64,000 bases of DNA, from positions 39,556,001 to 39,620,000 of the forward strand of contig NC_091284.1 in NCBI RefSeq assembly GCF_032444005.1, in the 5' to 3' direction. This document shows, piece after piece, positions 13,210-25,919 of this stretch (position 1 is its first letter; each line of letters begins with the position of its first letter). Both the position numbers and the translations under genes were made by a program. Origin of the DNA: Ranitomeya imitator (lineage: Eukaryota). Below the pieces are notes generated by a model that made no database searches, was not told where the DNA came from, and saw nothing but the letters and a program-made list of their open reading frames with translations.

Positions 13210-13640
13210 TAAGACTAACATCCTCCATTATTCGAATCTCCCAACCCGTCTCCAAGACTTCCCTCGTGCTGCACTAGTTTTGTAGAATGCTCTACCAAGG
13301 GTAATCTGATTAATACTTAGCCCCTACATTTTTAAGCATGCCTTACAAACACTTCTCTTTACTAACTGATGGCGGCACATGCAGCTTTATATCATAACCC
13401 CTATTTATTATAACGATGGCGGGCAGTACATGACAAGAACCTATTACTTACTGGTTCCTCCTTCCTTATAGATTGAAACTTGTTATCATCAGGACCCTCA
13501 CTCCTCCTGGAACTGGTGAACTATGGTTTACTTTGTGATGTCTTTATTGTCTGTACATCTCCCCGCTTAATTGTAAAGTGCTGCGTTATATGTTGGCGCC
13601 ATATAAATACAATTATTATTATATTATTATATTATTATTA
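13210..13640 (+). mobile_element. L2-clade LINE, 3' end with (ATT)n tail
   Basis: ttgtaaagtgctgcg...gttggcgccatataaat followed by (att)n; homologous to 15630-16242. Confidence 0.75.
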
Positions 13641-14109
13641 GAATGACTTCCACAGAGAACTCTTGTCATTTACACCATAAAAAATGTCTGAACGTGGCCC
13701 TCCCCTACAATCCGAACATCATCAATATTACATTACGTTTACCCTGACCACTAACGTTCATCTTGGAAGTGATTGTAAATGTCCGAGTCATTTTACCGTT
13801 ATCACCAGTTTGTCCATATTTAGCTCACAAATGTACACAGCAAAGATGGACTATGAACCTCCACATGGCAAAAAAGAAAAATCAATTCATGGGATACAAG
13901 GTAATCTTTAACCTTCTGAGGTATGTGGAGAACAACAAACCCTGGTGCAATCCCATAAATCTGATATACGACCTGTATGGACAAACATTTGGGGACAACA
14001 ACACAGTGAACCTACAGGACATACCATTTATGATATCCTACTTTAAATCTATAGGCATTAAGATGGAGTCGGTTCCCCTTCTTCGTCTATAATAGTTTCC
14101 ACTCTTCTG

Positions 14110-14950
14110 GGAAGATTTTGGTTTTGTCTGTGGGAATTTTTTGACTAATCGTCCAGAAGAGCATTTGTGAGGTCAGACGCTGATGTTGGGTAGAGGACCT
14201 CAGACGCTGGTGTTGGGTAGAGGACCTCAGACGCTGATGTTGGGTAGAGGACCTCAGACGCTGATGTTGGGTAGAGGACCAGGCTCACAATCTCTTGTCT
14301 AGTTCATCCCAAAGATGTTGGATGGAGCCGGTCAAGTTCTTCCACACCAAACACCCCCAACCATGTCTTTATAGACCTTGCACTGGCCACAGTCATGAGC
14401 AACGGAAAAGGACCTTCCCCAAATTTCCCATAAAGTTTGAAGCTACCATTGTCCAAAATATCTTGTGCTGAAGTATTAAGGTTTCCTGTCACTGGAACTA
14501 AAGAGACGAGGCCGCCCCCTGAAAATCAAGTCCATAGCAATATCCTCCTCCACCAAACTGTACAGCGGGCACAATGCAGCCAGGTGGCTAACATTCTCCT
14601 GGCATTCACCAAACCAGATTCATCAATCAGATGCCAGATAAAGAAGTGTGATCCGTCCCTGCACAGAACACGTGTCCTCCAGAGTGCAGTGGTGGCTGCT
14701 TTACACCACACCATCCGACGCTCAGCCTTGTGCTTGGTGATGTAAGGCTACATGCAGCTGCCAGGCCATAAAGCTCCTGGCGGGGGTGCAGTTTTTTGCT
14801 GATGTTAATACCAAACGAGGTCTGAATTCTGCAGTTATGGGGTCAGCAGAATCTTGATGACTTTTCTTCCCTCTCCTCCTCGGGACTCGACCCCCCGCTT
14901 TGTAACGTCGCGGAGTCTCCACTTTGGGCCTTAGTTCCTTCCCCTTGTCA
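14110..14950 (-). mobile_element. Highly degenerate Tc1-like transposon
   Basis: Minus-strand decayed transposase-like segments (e.g. KTWLGVFGVEELD); boundaries approximate. Confidence 0.5.
14173..14280. repeat. Tandem repeat, 27-bp unit x4
   Basis: tcagacgctgatgttgggtagaggacc repeated four times. Confidence 0.95.
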
Positions 14951-15629
14951 ATAATATTACTCACAGATGATGGGGGATAGTGAACAAGCTTCTTGCACTG
15001 ATGGCTCCTATTACAGGACCGCGCTAGTATTAGTGAGCGCTGCATCACCGGCCATTTTGTCAAACATCGGAAAAGACAGACGGCATTACGGTGGACTGGG
15101 GGTTATACACCAGGGACAATGGAGCCGGATGTCATCTACCAGGGGTGAAGGGCCGGATGTTATACACCGACGGCAATGGGACTGAATGAAAACCTGATTT
15201 CAATGATTAAGAGTTAATCTACGTTTCTCCATATACTGTGGTTAGACAATTAAAAAAAAAGCTGGTACCTAATTAGATATTTGTAAGACCATTAAGACTA
15301 AAGATAAACTGTTCCTGTATTCCTCAGGGATAGGAAAAGTTTTCTTAAAACTCCACATTGCGCCCTTCCTCTGTTATTCCTCTTGGAAATATTTTTACAA
15401 TAATGACACATGGGTTTTACCACTCACCTTGTCAGACGTCCGTGCTGCTATATCACACACAAACTGCCAAAATTCACCAACTTTAAAGCATTTTTAGGAG
15501 AATCTGCCCGGGCCCATCCGTAATGATCATTCTGACATTTCCATTATTGCACAAAGTTTATATTTACAGTACAGACCAAAAGTTTGGACACATCTTCTCA
15601 GTCTGAATAGACTGTTAGAATTTGTATTA

Positions 15630-16242
15630 GTCTACCACCCTACCCGTGCCCTCCGCTCCGCTAATGACCTGAGGTTAGCATCCTCAATAATCAGAACCTC
15701 CCATTCCCATCGCCAAGACTTTACACGCGCTGTGCCAATTCTTTGGAATGCACTATCTAGGTTAATACGATTAATCCCCACAGTTTTAAGCGTGCCCTAA
15801 AAACTCATTTGTTCAGATTGGCCTACCGCATCAACGCATTAACCTAACCATCCCTGTGTGGCCCATTCAAAAAACTTAAACCATTATCAGGTTCCTCGCA
15901 TTATGTTCTCATACACTTTATGCAGTTAATAGCCCTCTGTGTCTGTACTGTTACATACTTAGGCAGTTAACCGGTTCCTGCAGCTTTACATGAACACCCG
16001 AGCCTTACACTATGGCCGGTCCGAACAACTAAAGCAATTGTTACCATCCACCTCTCGTGTCTCCCCTTTTCCTCATAGTTTGTAAGCTTGCGAGCAGCAG
16101 GGCCCTCACTCCTCCTGGTATCTGTTTTGAACTGTGATTTCTGTTATGCTGTAATGTCTATTGTCTGTACAAGTCCCCTCTATAAGTTGTAAAGCGCTGC
16201 GGATTATGTTGGCGCTATATAAATAAAATTATTATTATTATT
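15630..16242 (+). mobile_element. L2 3' fragment with (ATT)n tail inserted at the Tc1 start codon
   Basis: Sits between Tc1 ...atttgtatta and tggcaagaat...; homologous to 13210-13640. Confidence 0.75.
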
Positions 16243-17302
16243 ATGGCAAGAATAAAGCAGCTAAGTAAAGAAAAACGAGTGGCCATCATTACTTTAAAAA
16301 ATGAAGGTCAGTCAGTCCGAAAAATTGTGAAAACTTTGAAAGTGTCCCCAAGTGCAGTGGCAAAAATTATCAAGCACTACAAAGAAACTGGCTCACATGA
16401 GGACCGCCCCAGGAAAGGAAGACCAAGAGTCACTTCTGCTTCTGAGGATAAGTTTATCTGAGTCACCAGCCGCAGAAACCGCAGGTTAACAGCAGCTCAG
16501 ATTAGAGACCAGGTCAATGCCACACAGAGTTCTAGCAGCAGACACATCTCTACAACAACTGTTAAGAGGAGACTTTGTGCAGCAGGCCTTCATGGTAAAA
16601 TAGCTGCTAGGAAACCACTGCTAAAGACAGGCAACAAGCAGAAGAGACTTGTTTGGGCTAAAGAACACAAGGAATGGACATTAGATCAGTGGAAATCTGT
16701 GCTTCGGTCTGATGAGTCCAAATTTGAGATCTTTGGTTCCAACCACCGTGTCTTTGTGCGACGCAGAAAAGGTGAACGGATGGACTCTACATGCCTGGTT
16801 CCCACCGTGAAGCATGGAGGAGGAGGTGTGATGGTGTGGGGGTGCTTTGCTGGTGACACTGTTGGGGATTTATTCAAAATTGAAGGCATACTGAACCAGC
16901 ATGGCTACCACAGCATCTTGCAGCGGCATGCTATTCCATCCGGTTTGCGTTTAGTTGGAACTTGGAACATCATTTATTTTTCAACAGGACAATGACCCCA
17001 AACACACCTCCAGGCTGTGTAAGGGCTATTTGACCAAGAAGGAGAGTGATGGGGTGCTACGCCAGATGACCTGGCCTCCACAGTCACCAGACCTGAACCC
17101 AATCAAGATGGTTTGGGGTGAGCTGGACCGCAGAGTGAAGGCAAAAGGGCCAACAAGTGCTAATCATCTCTGGGAACTCCTTCAAGATTGTTGGAAGACC
17201 ATTCCTGGTGACTACCTCTTGAAGCTCATCAAGAGAATGCCAAGAGTGTGCAAAGCAGTCATCAAAGCAAAAGGTGGCTACTTTGAGGAACCTAGAATAT
17301 AA
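16243..17302 (+). pseudogene. Tc1 DD34E transposase pseudogene
   Basis: HTH, GRPR, SDES, QDNDPKH and SPDLNPI(K) motifs; stop at 16459-16461, 7-bp duplication (ttggaac) frameshift near 16960, catalytic E replaced by K. Confidence 0.9.
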
Positions 17303-19001
17303 GACATATTTTCAGTTGTTTCACACTTTTTTGTTAAGTATATAATTCCACATGTGTTAATTCATAGTTTTGATGCCTTCAGTGTGAATGTACAATTTTT
17401 TATAGTCATGAAAATACAGAAAAATCTTTAAATGAAAAAGTGTGTCCAAACTTTTGGTCTGTACTGTACGTGTAGGGGTTAGAGTTAGGAATACAATTAA
17501 TTGGTGCCAATTCAGAAGACTTTTTAGGCTTGGTCAAATAATTCACATGAGGTCTTCTGTCTTCTGTTCCAATTGAATTTCACAATTGACTAATAGTCCA
17601 AAAAAAACAACCATGTCATACCCAGTTTTCAGCCTTGAATTACACATGAGTTGTTTGAAGTTCAACAATTGTAGAGTAACCTCAATTTTAGTCAATAAAG
17701 GATGGGGCTGTCCTGTGTGATGAGGTGACGGGATCATCACTGTGAAATGCTGGTTAATTATTAAACCGGGTCTCCACGTATTATTATATCTCCATAAATC
17801 TGTGATTGTTTCTTTTTTTGAATGTTGAGAAACTGTAATCAATCATCTACCAGCTCTAATCTGAATGGTCTATTTGTAAGCACTGATACCAATATGACTC
17901 ATTATAATCTGGGATATTAGAGGAAATAAGAACAAAGCTGGATTAACTGAAGGGTCACAGTCCCAGATCTGATGAGGAAGTTATATAGACGACACGTCCT
18001 CTTTAAAAGGGGTCATGTTACCATTTAGATCAGGCATGCACATTGTGATACTGAAAGGGATGCCAAAAAATTAAAGAGGTACTTGCACATCACCAGAACC
18101 ACAGACAGTATATCAATACATCAATAGAACCACCATCAATCCATGAATACATTACTGGAACCACTATCAGTATAGTAATACAGTACCAGAGCCTTCATGA
18201 ATACATGAAGACAACACCAGAACCATCGTCAGTTCATGAATACATAACTAATCTTAGTACAGTGATCAATTGCAATGTCAAGTCAGTACCATATACACTT
18301 GTATTGCATGAATGTACAACAGACAATATTTCCTTAATAATGGTAAGGAGATACTGGGAGTTGTTGTTACCAGCCATCATTAGACAGCGGACCATACAGG
18401 AACCACAATACTGATTAGATATAGTATCACAAACATTTACATCAGGTTCCTTACAGGTGTAGTCTTCTCTGATTGGAGTTGTTCTCGTCCTTTTTAGTAC
18501 AGATGCCATGATGCCTTTGGACATCCACAGCTTGTCTCTGCAGACTTTTCACTTCTCAGGTCTTCTGCAGCACATGCCGATACAGTGCCCTTAAAAATAC
18601 CAGTATCATTAGAATGCCCCATGAATAAAAATATCTCCCATTCTGTGTCACTAAATAATTAATTGCCCCTCACTGTACTTCCTGACCCTCTTGCTGCCAC
18701 TTCTCCATACTAATCCCCAACACTTCCACCTCCCCATATTGTCCCGCCACACTCTTCCGTCTATATACTGTCCCACCAAAACTGAACTTCTCCATATTGT
18801 CCCCTGACACTTCCCCTCTTCATACTGCCCCCCATGCTACCACCTCTTCAAATGCTCTCTATGCTGCCGCTAAAAGTATATGGAAAAGGACGGCATTAGA
18901 GTGATACAATATCCAATGAATAGGACTGGTAATGGAATCCCAACCATCAGGCGTCACGAATGCTAGGGGTTTGCGGTGCTCTGCATACAAAATTTTAACC
19001 A

Positions 19002-19232
19002 AGAGTCCATGTGAACAGTAAAGAGAAAATATGCGGCACTCACCCCGATATAGCAGTGGAAGACGTGAACTTTAATGGAGAAAATGAGTAAATACATACA
19101 TCTGTCAGGACATCAGGTAAGCAGGAGGGTGCAGTATTGGAGCTTGGACGACGGCCGTTTCGCACGCTAGGTGCTTCGACGGGTCCAGATGTGAGTGCCG
19201 CATATTTTCTCTTTACTGTTCACATGGGCTCT
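19002..19232 (-). mobile_element. Short inverted-repeat-bounded element carrying hammerhead-like fold
   Basis: 42-bp IR at 19002-19043 and 19191-19232 (1 mismatch) encloses a hammerhead-like motif. Confidence 0.6.
19145..19187 (-). ncRNA. Hammerhead-like motif with non-canonical core (CCGUCGAA)
   Basis: Minus strand reads UGGAC-CCGUCGAA-GCAC-CUAGC-GUGC-GAAA-CGGCC-GUC|GUCCA: 5-bp stem I, 4-bp stem II, perfect palindromic stem III ACGGCCGU; core differs from CUGANGA. Confidence 0.55.
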
Positions 19233-22200
19233 CTATGCTGCTCCCCCTCTATACTGTGCCCCCTCTCACACTTTTTCCCCATCTACACACTAACACACTC
19301 CCCATCTGCAATCAATGCCTGTATGTACAATCTTCGGGTCCAAAGATCGTGTACCTTTCCCACCGTCTTTACCCTTTCCATCACAGCATTAAGGGCAACA
19401 ACGTGATGAGATCAACAGAGTGATGACCACATCGCCCCACGGCACGTCAACGCAGAGAGCTGATGAACGCTCCTTTGCCTGTCCCGGTTCTCATGTATTG
19501 ATAATATATTTGCGTCTAAAATACACAAATACAATTAAATACAGAGAGAAGGGAAACGGCTCCATGGGCCAACAAAAATCCTTTGGTGGGCCGTACGTAA
19601 CCTATGGACCATACGTTGCGAGGCCGGATGTAGATAGAAGTCTAATCAGAATGGAACCAAAAGTCAAACAAGACAATGTTATTGCAGATCAACCTGTCAT
19701 TAATCCACCTCGTTTAAAGGGGTTGTCCAGGCTTGTGGTCCAAGTCTGAAGTCTTTATGACTGCAGACTTGTGAATCTTCATACCGCGCAGAGAGTGTGT
19801 GCTGTCAGGATTCTCTGGTGCCACCGCAAGCAGCATGACCACAAGTATGCAATTTGCATACATTCGGTCACAATCAGTCTAGCTGTGCACAGCTTCGCTC
19901 CCCACATCGAGTAGACTGTCAGCTGAAGCCACCGATATCAGCTGGTTCAGCCTATGTTAGTCTAATGTGTAGGTACACTGCCCTCATAAAAATGTATGCC
20001 ATAATATGGCTAACTTGACTATTGATGGCTAAAGGCATTTTCCAACAGTTTTGCTTTGAGAAGTCTACCCCTTTTGCGAGCTACACAATATTTTTCTCTT
20101 TCTCCTGTTTTCCTGAATACATTCAGTCAATCCCACTCAAAGGACATTTGGCTCAAGAGCAACGCCGCACACCCTCCAACAACAATGCTCGCGGTTGGGA
20201 GCCCGCCAGTATGTCTTCACATAAACATGCTAAATAGCCGTAGCTATGTGAGTGGGAGAATCTGAACGTCCCTGTCAGACATAGGAGAAAAATTTGCATG
20301 GAAAACAAGGGACCTGAACAGACTTAAGGGGTTGATTGCTCTGGTTAGAAGAAATAGCACACAATATATACATTTGTACTTTTTTTTAATAGAAGTTTAG
20401 GACGCCATGATGCAGCATTGTTAGAAATGGACTCACGTTGGGAGGTATATAGTTGTCATGGGGCAGCATTGGGCCATATTTATATTTAATTATTCTTGTA
20501 GAGAAGTGGTGCCCAACAAGTAGCACCGGACCCATACTTCCCCCAGCTTTGTGTCTTACAATAGACCTTAGTGATGGTGATAGTCGGTGGTAGAGTGGAC
20601 CTCTGCTATGGAGCGTACTGGCCAGCTCTGCTCGAATGTCTAAAATACTCTGGAGTGAAAAAGAAAAACTTTGCAAACCAACAAGAGCTATCCAGTCTCC
20701 TGGGTGCTGAGTTCAGACTAAATACTTTCCTCTCGTCGTTACCACAGTCCTCGACACTCACATTTGGGTTTGAGGAAGGTGGGCTGTCAATGGATCGCTA
20801 CAGGTGACTTAGTTTCATGACGTTATCTTTGGTCACACCGCTTCTCCAAAGTCATCCTGATTGCTGGTCCTGCCAGTCCATCAGTAACAGCAACACAGAC
20901 ACTTGATAGCTGTTGGCCGAATGATCCCCATGCACAGGACTGCTTGGATTGGATCCTTCCCTCACCCCAATATTATGTTAGAGGAAAGTTAGGAGGCCAC
21001 CATACCTATTAGATGGTTGAACAATTCTTCCAATGTCTGTCTCTACATTGGCCTGACTTTATTGTCTTTGGGGGCCTTGGGCAAAACTGAGGCAGAGTTT
21101 CTTGGTATGTCCTGCTGTTAGTTTAAAAAAAAAAACATGCTTGGATGAGTGAAATCCTCACCATCTTACAGATGATAGTACTGCTCCTGACTGTAGCATC
21201 CTCCATGATTAGCAAGCCTCCACCCTTCTTCACCTGTGCTTACTCGGCTGCCTCTTGCCACTGTGTTTTCTACTGTGCCGTCATCCTGTTTCATCGGTCT
21301 TTCTTTGCTGAATCTCTGGATCCAGTGTAGTCAACTGCTCAACTGCACCAGTTGCTATCCAGCCATAACAGCCTCAGTTCCTCCATCCTGTCCACCTCAG
21401 GTCATCCATCCTTGCTGCACAACAACTGCTTAGTCGGACTTGTTATACTCTATGTGGCTGTTTACAAGTCTGCAATTTTTTTGGGACCATTTGCCCACCA
21501 AAAAAAAAAGGAGTGATGGATCAAAATAACCCATACAACTCAAACTGATCTGGGAAAATCACGGACAACACACAGAAGTCATCCAAGTGCAATCTGTGTG
21601 CTGTCCATTAACATTGTAATGAGCAGTATTACACACTTGTCCCAGGTATCCCGATCTCCACAGCCTTCTCCTCGATCCGCTGCCCGCTGTTGTGCTCCAC
21701 GTCGGACTTTTCAGGTTGCCCAGTGTGGATCTATGACATCATCTCCATAGACCTATTTAAGGTCCATTGACATACACACCTGTATCTTGGGATTGAGACT
21801 CCTAGTCCTATGTTTGGTGGGCTCCACCTTCCGTGCTGTTTGTGCTTGCATCGATCCCTGCTGCTTTCCATATTTTTCGTCCTGCTCATCCTGAGATTCC
21901 TGGTGAGCCTTTACGGTTCTGGCTGCCCTCGTGCTTTCCCAACACCAGCGGTCTGTGTGCCCAACTGGACCTGAGGTTCAGATGATCCACCTCATTTGGT
22001 GAGTCTTAACAAGGAGAAGAAACTTTACAATCTTCTTTTTTAGCATAGAATTTTCATTTTTAGCATAGGAGAAAATCAGCCCTTTTTTTCTGGTAGGTGA
22101 AAAAAACCACGGACGTCTGAATGAGGCCTAAGAGTTCTAACCCCTTTAAGAAAAAGATGGGAATTTTGCTTTTTAATTAGAACCCCCCCTGGATTAATTC

Positions 22201-23190
22201 CTCCACCATAGAGATCAGAGTTCCCTTTAAATTTCACTTCCAGGTGGCAGAACAGACCAGACCAGGCCGGTTGTACCCTCCATAAGTACCACTTTGACAG
22301 TGCGCTATCTGCAATTATTAAATGTCAAAAAAGCAATCCTGGGCGGAAACAATCTGCAATAAAACTGCTAATTTAGCTGCAAATCATCCACAATTGCCTC
22401 GGTTAAATGTCTAACAAGTGAAAGTGAGAGGAGCCATTTAGGAAGTGACTGGAATGGCAATGCGGCTCGGTAGGAGTGAGTGTTCTATGACTGTTGCTAG
22501 GTAACACTAGAAGCCCCGCGTCATGTCGCTCAGGCCGATGTACCTGTAGAGCTCCATTACCGTATACCGAGCGGTATAAATGGCATGCAGCAGCTTTCAC
22601 CCCCATCCCCCCAACCTAAAATTAAGAACCAAAGTGAAGAGAAGGTTATTTTATATTTTTCTATTCCCTGACTCATTGGCAGCTTCTGAAGTCACACGGC
22701 GGACAGAACAGTGGAATTTTACAAAAAAGCTAATCAACATCTAAAAATGTCTCACGCCCCATCATGTAAACAGATCCAGGGCAGCTGACTATTCGGACTT
22801 ACCCCATCCTATACTGAAAAGTCCCACACACAACGGCGACATTCCGTGCCAACCATTAAGGAGGGGTAGGGCGTACGTGCCTGCTAACATCAAAGGGTTA
22901 ATAGTTTGCGGAAGGTTTACTATTCACTAATCCAAATAGCTTCAGGGTCCCAATGCAAATCTGTAAGAGGGCCCCACCTGCCATTGACAACACCGAAGGG
23001 TTCCTATAAAGCAGTGAGGCCTTCAGGACTTTCCAGGTATTGGCGCCTGGGTGCGACTCCTACCTCTGTATCCCCGAAAGCTACACCACTGGATGCAATC
23101 ATGGTAATTAACACCTTAGTGACCTCCAATACGTCCTTTTACTGACCTGAGAAATGAGAACAGCATCACCCATTGCCACTGCCCTTAGAT

Positions 23191-24116
23191 TAGGGGTCTC
23201 AAACTCGGCTGGGTATATGGGCCGCAAATAGAAAAAATTTGAATTGGGGGGCTGCAATCTTTGAAGGACAAAGTGACATTTTTAGTGCAACCATTTTTTT
23301 TTTTTACAACTTTTGAACATTTTTGCAGTGCTTTTTTTTAGAGCTTGGGTCATTATGGATGTGCTAATAACAAATGTGTACTTATATTGTAGCTATGTCC
23401 CCATATTGTAGATATGTCCCCATCCAGGTTCTCAAATTGTAGTTATGTCCCGGTCCTCAAATTGTAGTCATGTCCCCATATCCAGGTCCCCAAATTGTAG
23501 TTATGTCCCCATCCCCAGGTCCGCATATTAAGTCATTGTCCAGGTCTCCATATTGTAGTCATGTCCCCATGTCCAGGTTCTCAAATTGTAGTCATGTCCC
23601 CATCCAGGTTCTCATATTGTAGTTATGTCCCGGTCCTCAAATTGTAGTCATGTCCCCATATCCAGGTCCCCAAATTGTAGTTATGTCCCCATCCCCAGGT
23701 CCGCATATTAAGTCATTGTCCAGGTCTCCATATTGTAGTCATGTCCCCATATCCAGGTCCTCATATTGTAGTTATGTCCCCATCCCCAGGTCCGCATATT
23801 AAGTCATTGTCCAGGTCTCCATATTGTAGGTTTTAGAGGAGGAAAATAGATATGTCCCCAACCCAGGTATACATGGCCCCCTCATCTCTATCTTGGTATG
23901 CATGGCACCCATCCACATCCCTTTTCTGGCATGCATGATGCCCATCCACCTCCACAGCAAGTACTTCATTTAAATTGAATGTGCATCTAAGGACCCACAT
24001 TCAGCTGAAATAAAACGCTGCCGTTGGCGGATCTCCTGAACCGGGCAGTGTCTAAGGGCTGCATGAAGCATCCTCAGGCCGCATGCTGCTCGCGGGCTGC
24101 GTGTTTGAGACCCCTG
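23191..24116. mobile_element. Non-autonomous hAT element with 8-bp TSD
   Basis: TIR (T/C)AGGGGTCTCAAAC; TSD CCTTAGAT at 23183-23190 and 24117-24124. Confidence 0.9.
23385..23830. repeat. Variant minisatellite (20-33-bp units) with 180-bp higher-order repeat
   Basis: Units of type atattgtagtcatgtccccat(at)ccaggtcctc; 23461-23520 is identical to 23641-23700; extra 91-bp duplication (23701 vs 23792). Confidence 0.9.
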
Positions 24117-25919
24117 CCTTAGATGCTGATGTAAACAGCAACTACAGCATCTAAATGGTTAACAGAGTGGGGGGGGGGGTTCCCTCTTTAACCCCCTTCA
24201 GAACCCTGAGATCATAACTGCGTGGTCCTGATGCATGGCCAAATAACGGCCTTAGAGTTTGCCGGCTATAGCGGCCCGTTCAGAAGTTAGCGGCATTTTC
24301 TGTAGATGATAGAAATAAGTTTTTAATTCCTGTCATGTCACTTTGCATTAATTCCATTGCATTAATTGTTTATATGGGTACAACTATATTAAAGAAGTTG
24401 TCCAGGTTTAGGAATAAATGACACGACTCCGCCACTACTATGAACCATCCTAAAAAAAATACCAACAAAGCAAAAACAACAACATTTAGCTTGAAAAACA
24501 AAGATTCCACAAATCACCGAGACATCAATATTGACCCTGGCCGAATCTCTTTCCTTCTCTGCACTCGTCTTTTATCAGACATATTAGTAACTAATTTCTT
24601 CTGGTTTCCCAAGCCAAGAATTCACAAGTAAGAACAAAAATCACACTAACCTTACACCCATCCTAGCAGGCCGACCTCCAGATACACAGCTAACGTCCTC
24701 CTAACGAGGCGAGATTGATCATTCTACATTTACTTAGTTTTAAAAAGCTCTTGGTTCAGTATAAAAACATAATAGAGCAAACTAATATATGAGATTTTGT
24801 CTAATTAGTAAAATATTGTATGGAAGACGGCACAAAAAATACAATCTGACGCACTCTTGATGGCAAAGATGGACTATCTCACCAAAGGTTGACCAGACTC
24901 AATACTGGTCCAGCAGAAGACCACATTTGGTAACTTTGGAGCCATTTAAGTCTATTTTTTATGGGCTTTTTTTAAATATTTTTTTTAATATATTTTTGGG
25001 GGCTATTTTTTAGTAGTCTTTGATCCTATGTATTACATGTTCTGTGTGTACATTGACAACTAAATGTTTTGTGTAGATGTAATGCGAGCTTCAGAACCAT
25101 CTCCTCTGGTGGGCCAGGAGATAACCAGTCGATGAAAGACCTGGAGATAAACCTTTCACAATGATGTGTCAGAGATTGCGATCGGTTTGTTATCGTATTT
25201 ATATGTTATTTTTGCAGCTCTTTATGTGAGAGTTGTACGATAAAGAGGCAAATTAGAAAAAGTATTGACGCCCTTGAAGTTTGGAATTGGTGACGACTTT
25301 TAAGGACACACGGAGAGCAAAAGAATGAAGTCAAAACGTTGGCTTGAAGCACAAATGACCTGAATGAAGACTTTATGTTCTGGACAAATTATGAGAAGAT
25401 CAAAAACATTCAGAAAAAACCCCAATAATATCTGGAAATGAGCAAAATTATAGAAGGAGGAAGGAGGAGGATCAGCACCAGGATGGATTAATATAACTCA
25501 CACAAACCTCGAAAGAGAAGACTTTAGTCACCTAGACACCAGGAGTCCAAACCTGGGGTATAAGGCACATTAGCCAATATTAGCACTGGCACTCTCATAT
25601 TGCTCTCCATCTTTGGTCTGAACCTACACATTCACATGAGTATATAATAAACTGTTATCAGATTTATGGTGCCCGAACCACAGACAACATGAATCAGACA
25701 GTGGCGGCACGATTGTAGCCAGACATATTTTAACGAGTCGGCCGGTGATTATGGGGCAGATTCAGCAAAACTTTTACGGCAGAAAACTGACGTAAAAGCT
25801 TTGAAAAGTCGCATTTTTTTTTTGCTTAATGAGGAGTTGAGCAAAAATGTTGTGAATTTTGGCGTTTTCACGCCAGTTTAATGGACAGAGTTGCGGAGGA
25901 TCCGAGGAGGGATGAGGTG

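Larger units (their letters stand above)
15567..17466 (+). mobile_element. Tc1/mariner element with TA TSD, interrupted by an L2 fragment
   Basis: TA|CAGTACAGACCAAAAGTTTGGACAC...GTGTCCAAACTTTTGGTCTGTACTG|TA; the left TIR region is internally deleted. Confidence 0.9.

Noticed and set aside
13825-13900. Exon-like block with aagATGG and donor (MDYEPPHGKKEKSIHGIQ|gtaatc)
   Set aside because: No recognisable homologue and no downstream exon that joins convincingly; signals of this quality occur by chance in 64 kb.
18085-18524. Cys-rich minus-strand ORF (18234-18524) and degenerate ~30-bp repeats
   Set aside because: No recognisable domain, the upstream frame is blocked by stops, and the left part is a decayed minisatellite.
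24860-25170. 15-nt match (gcaaagatggactat) to 13840 and possible exons at 24867-24928 and 25077-25160
   Set aside because: A few chance 15-mers are expected at this window size; the MDY frame has a stop and no joined product resembles a known protein.
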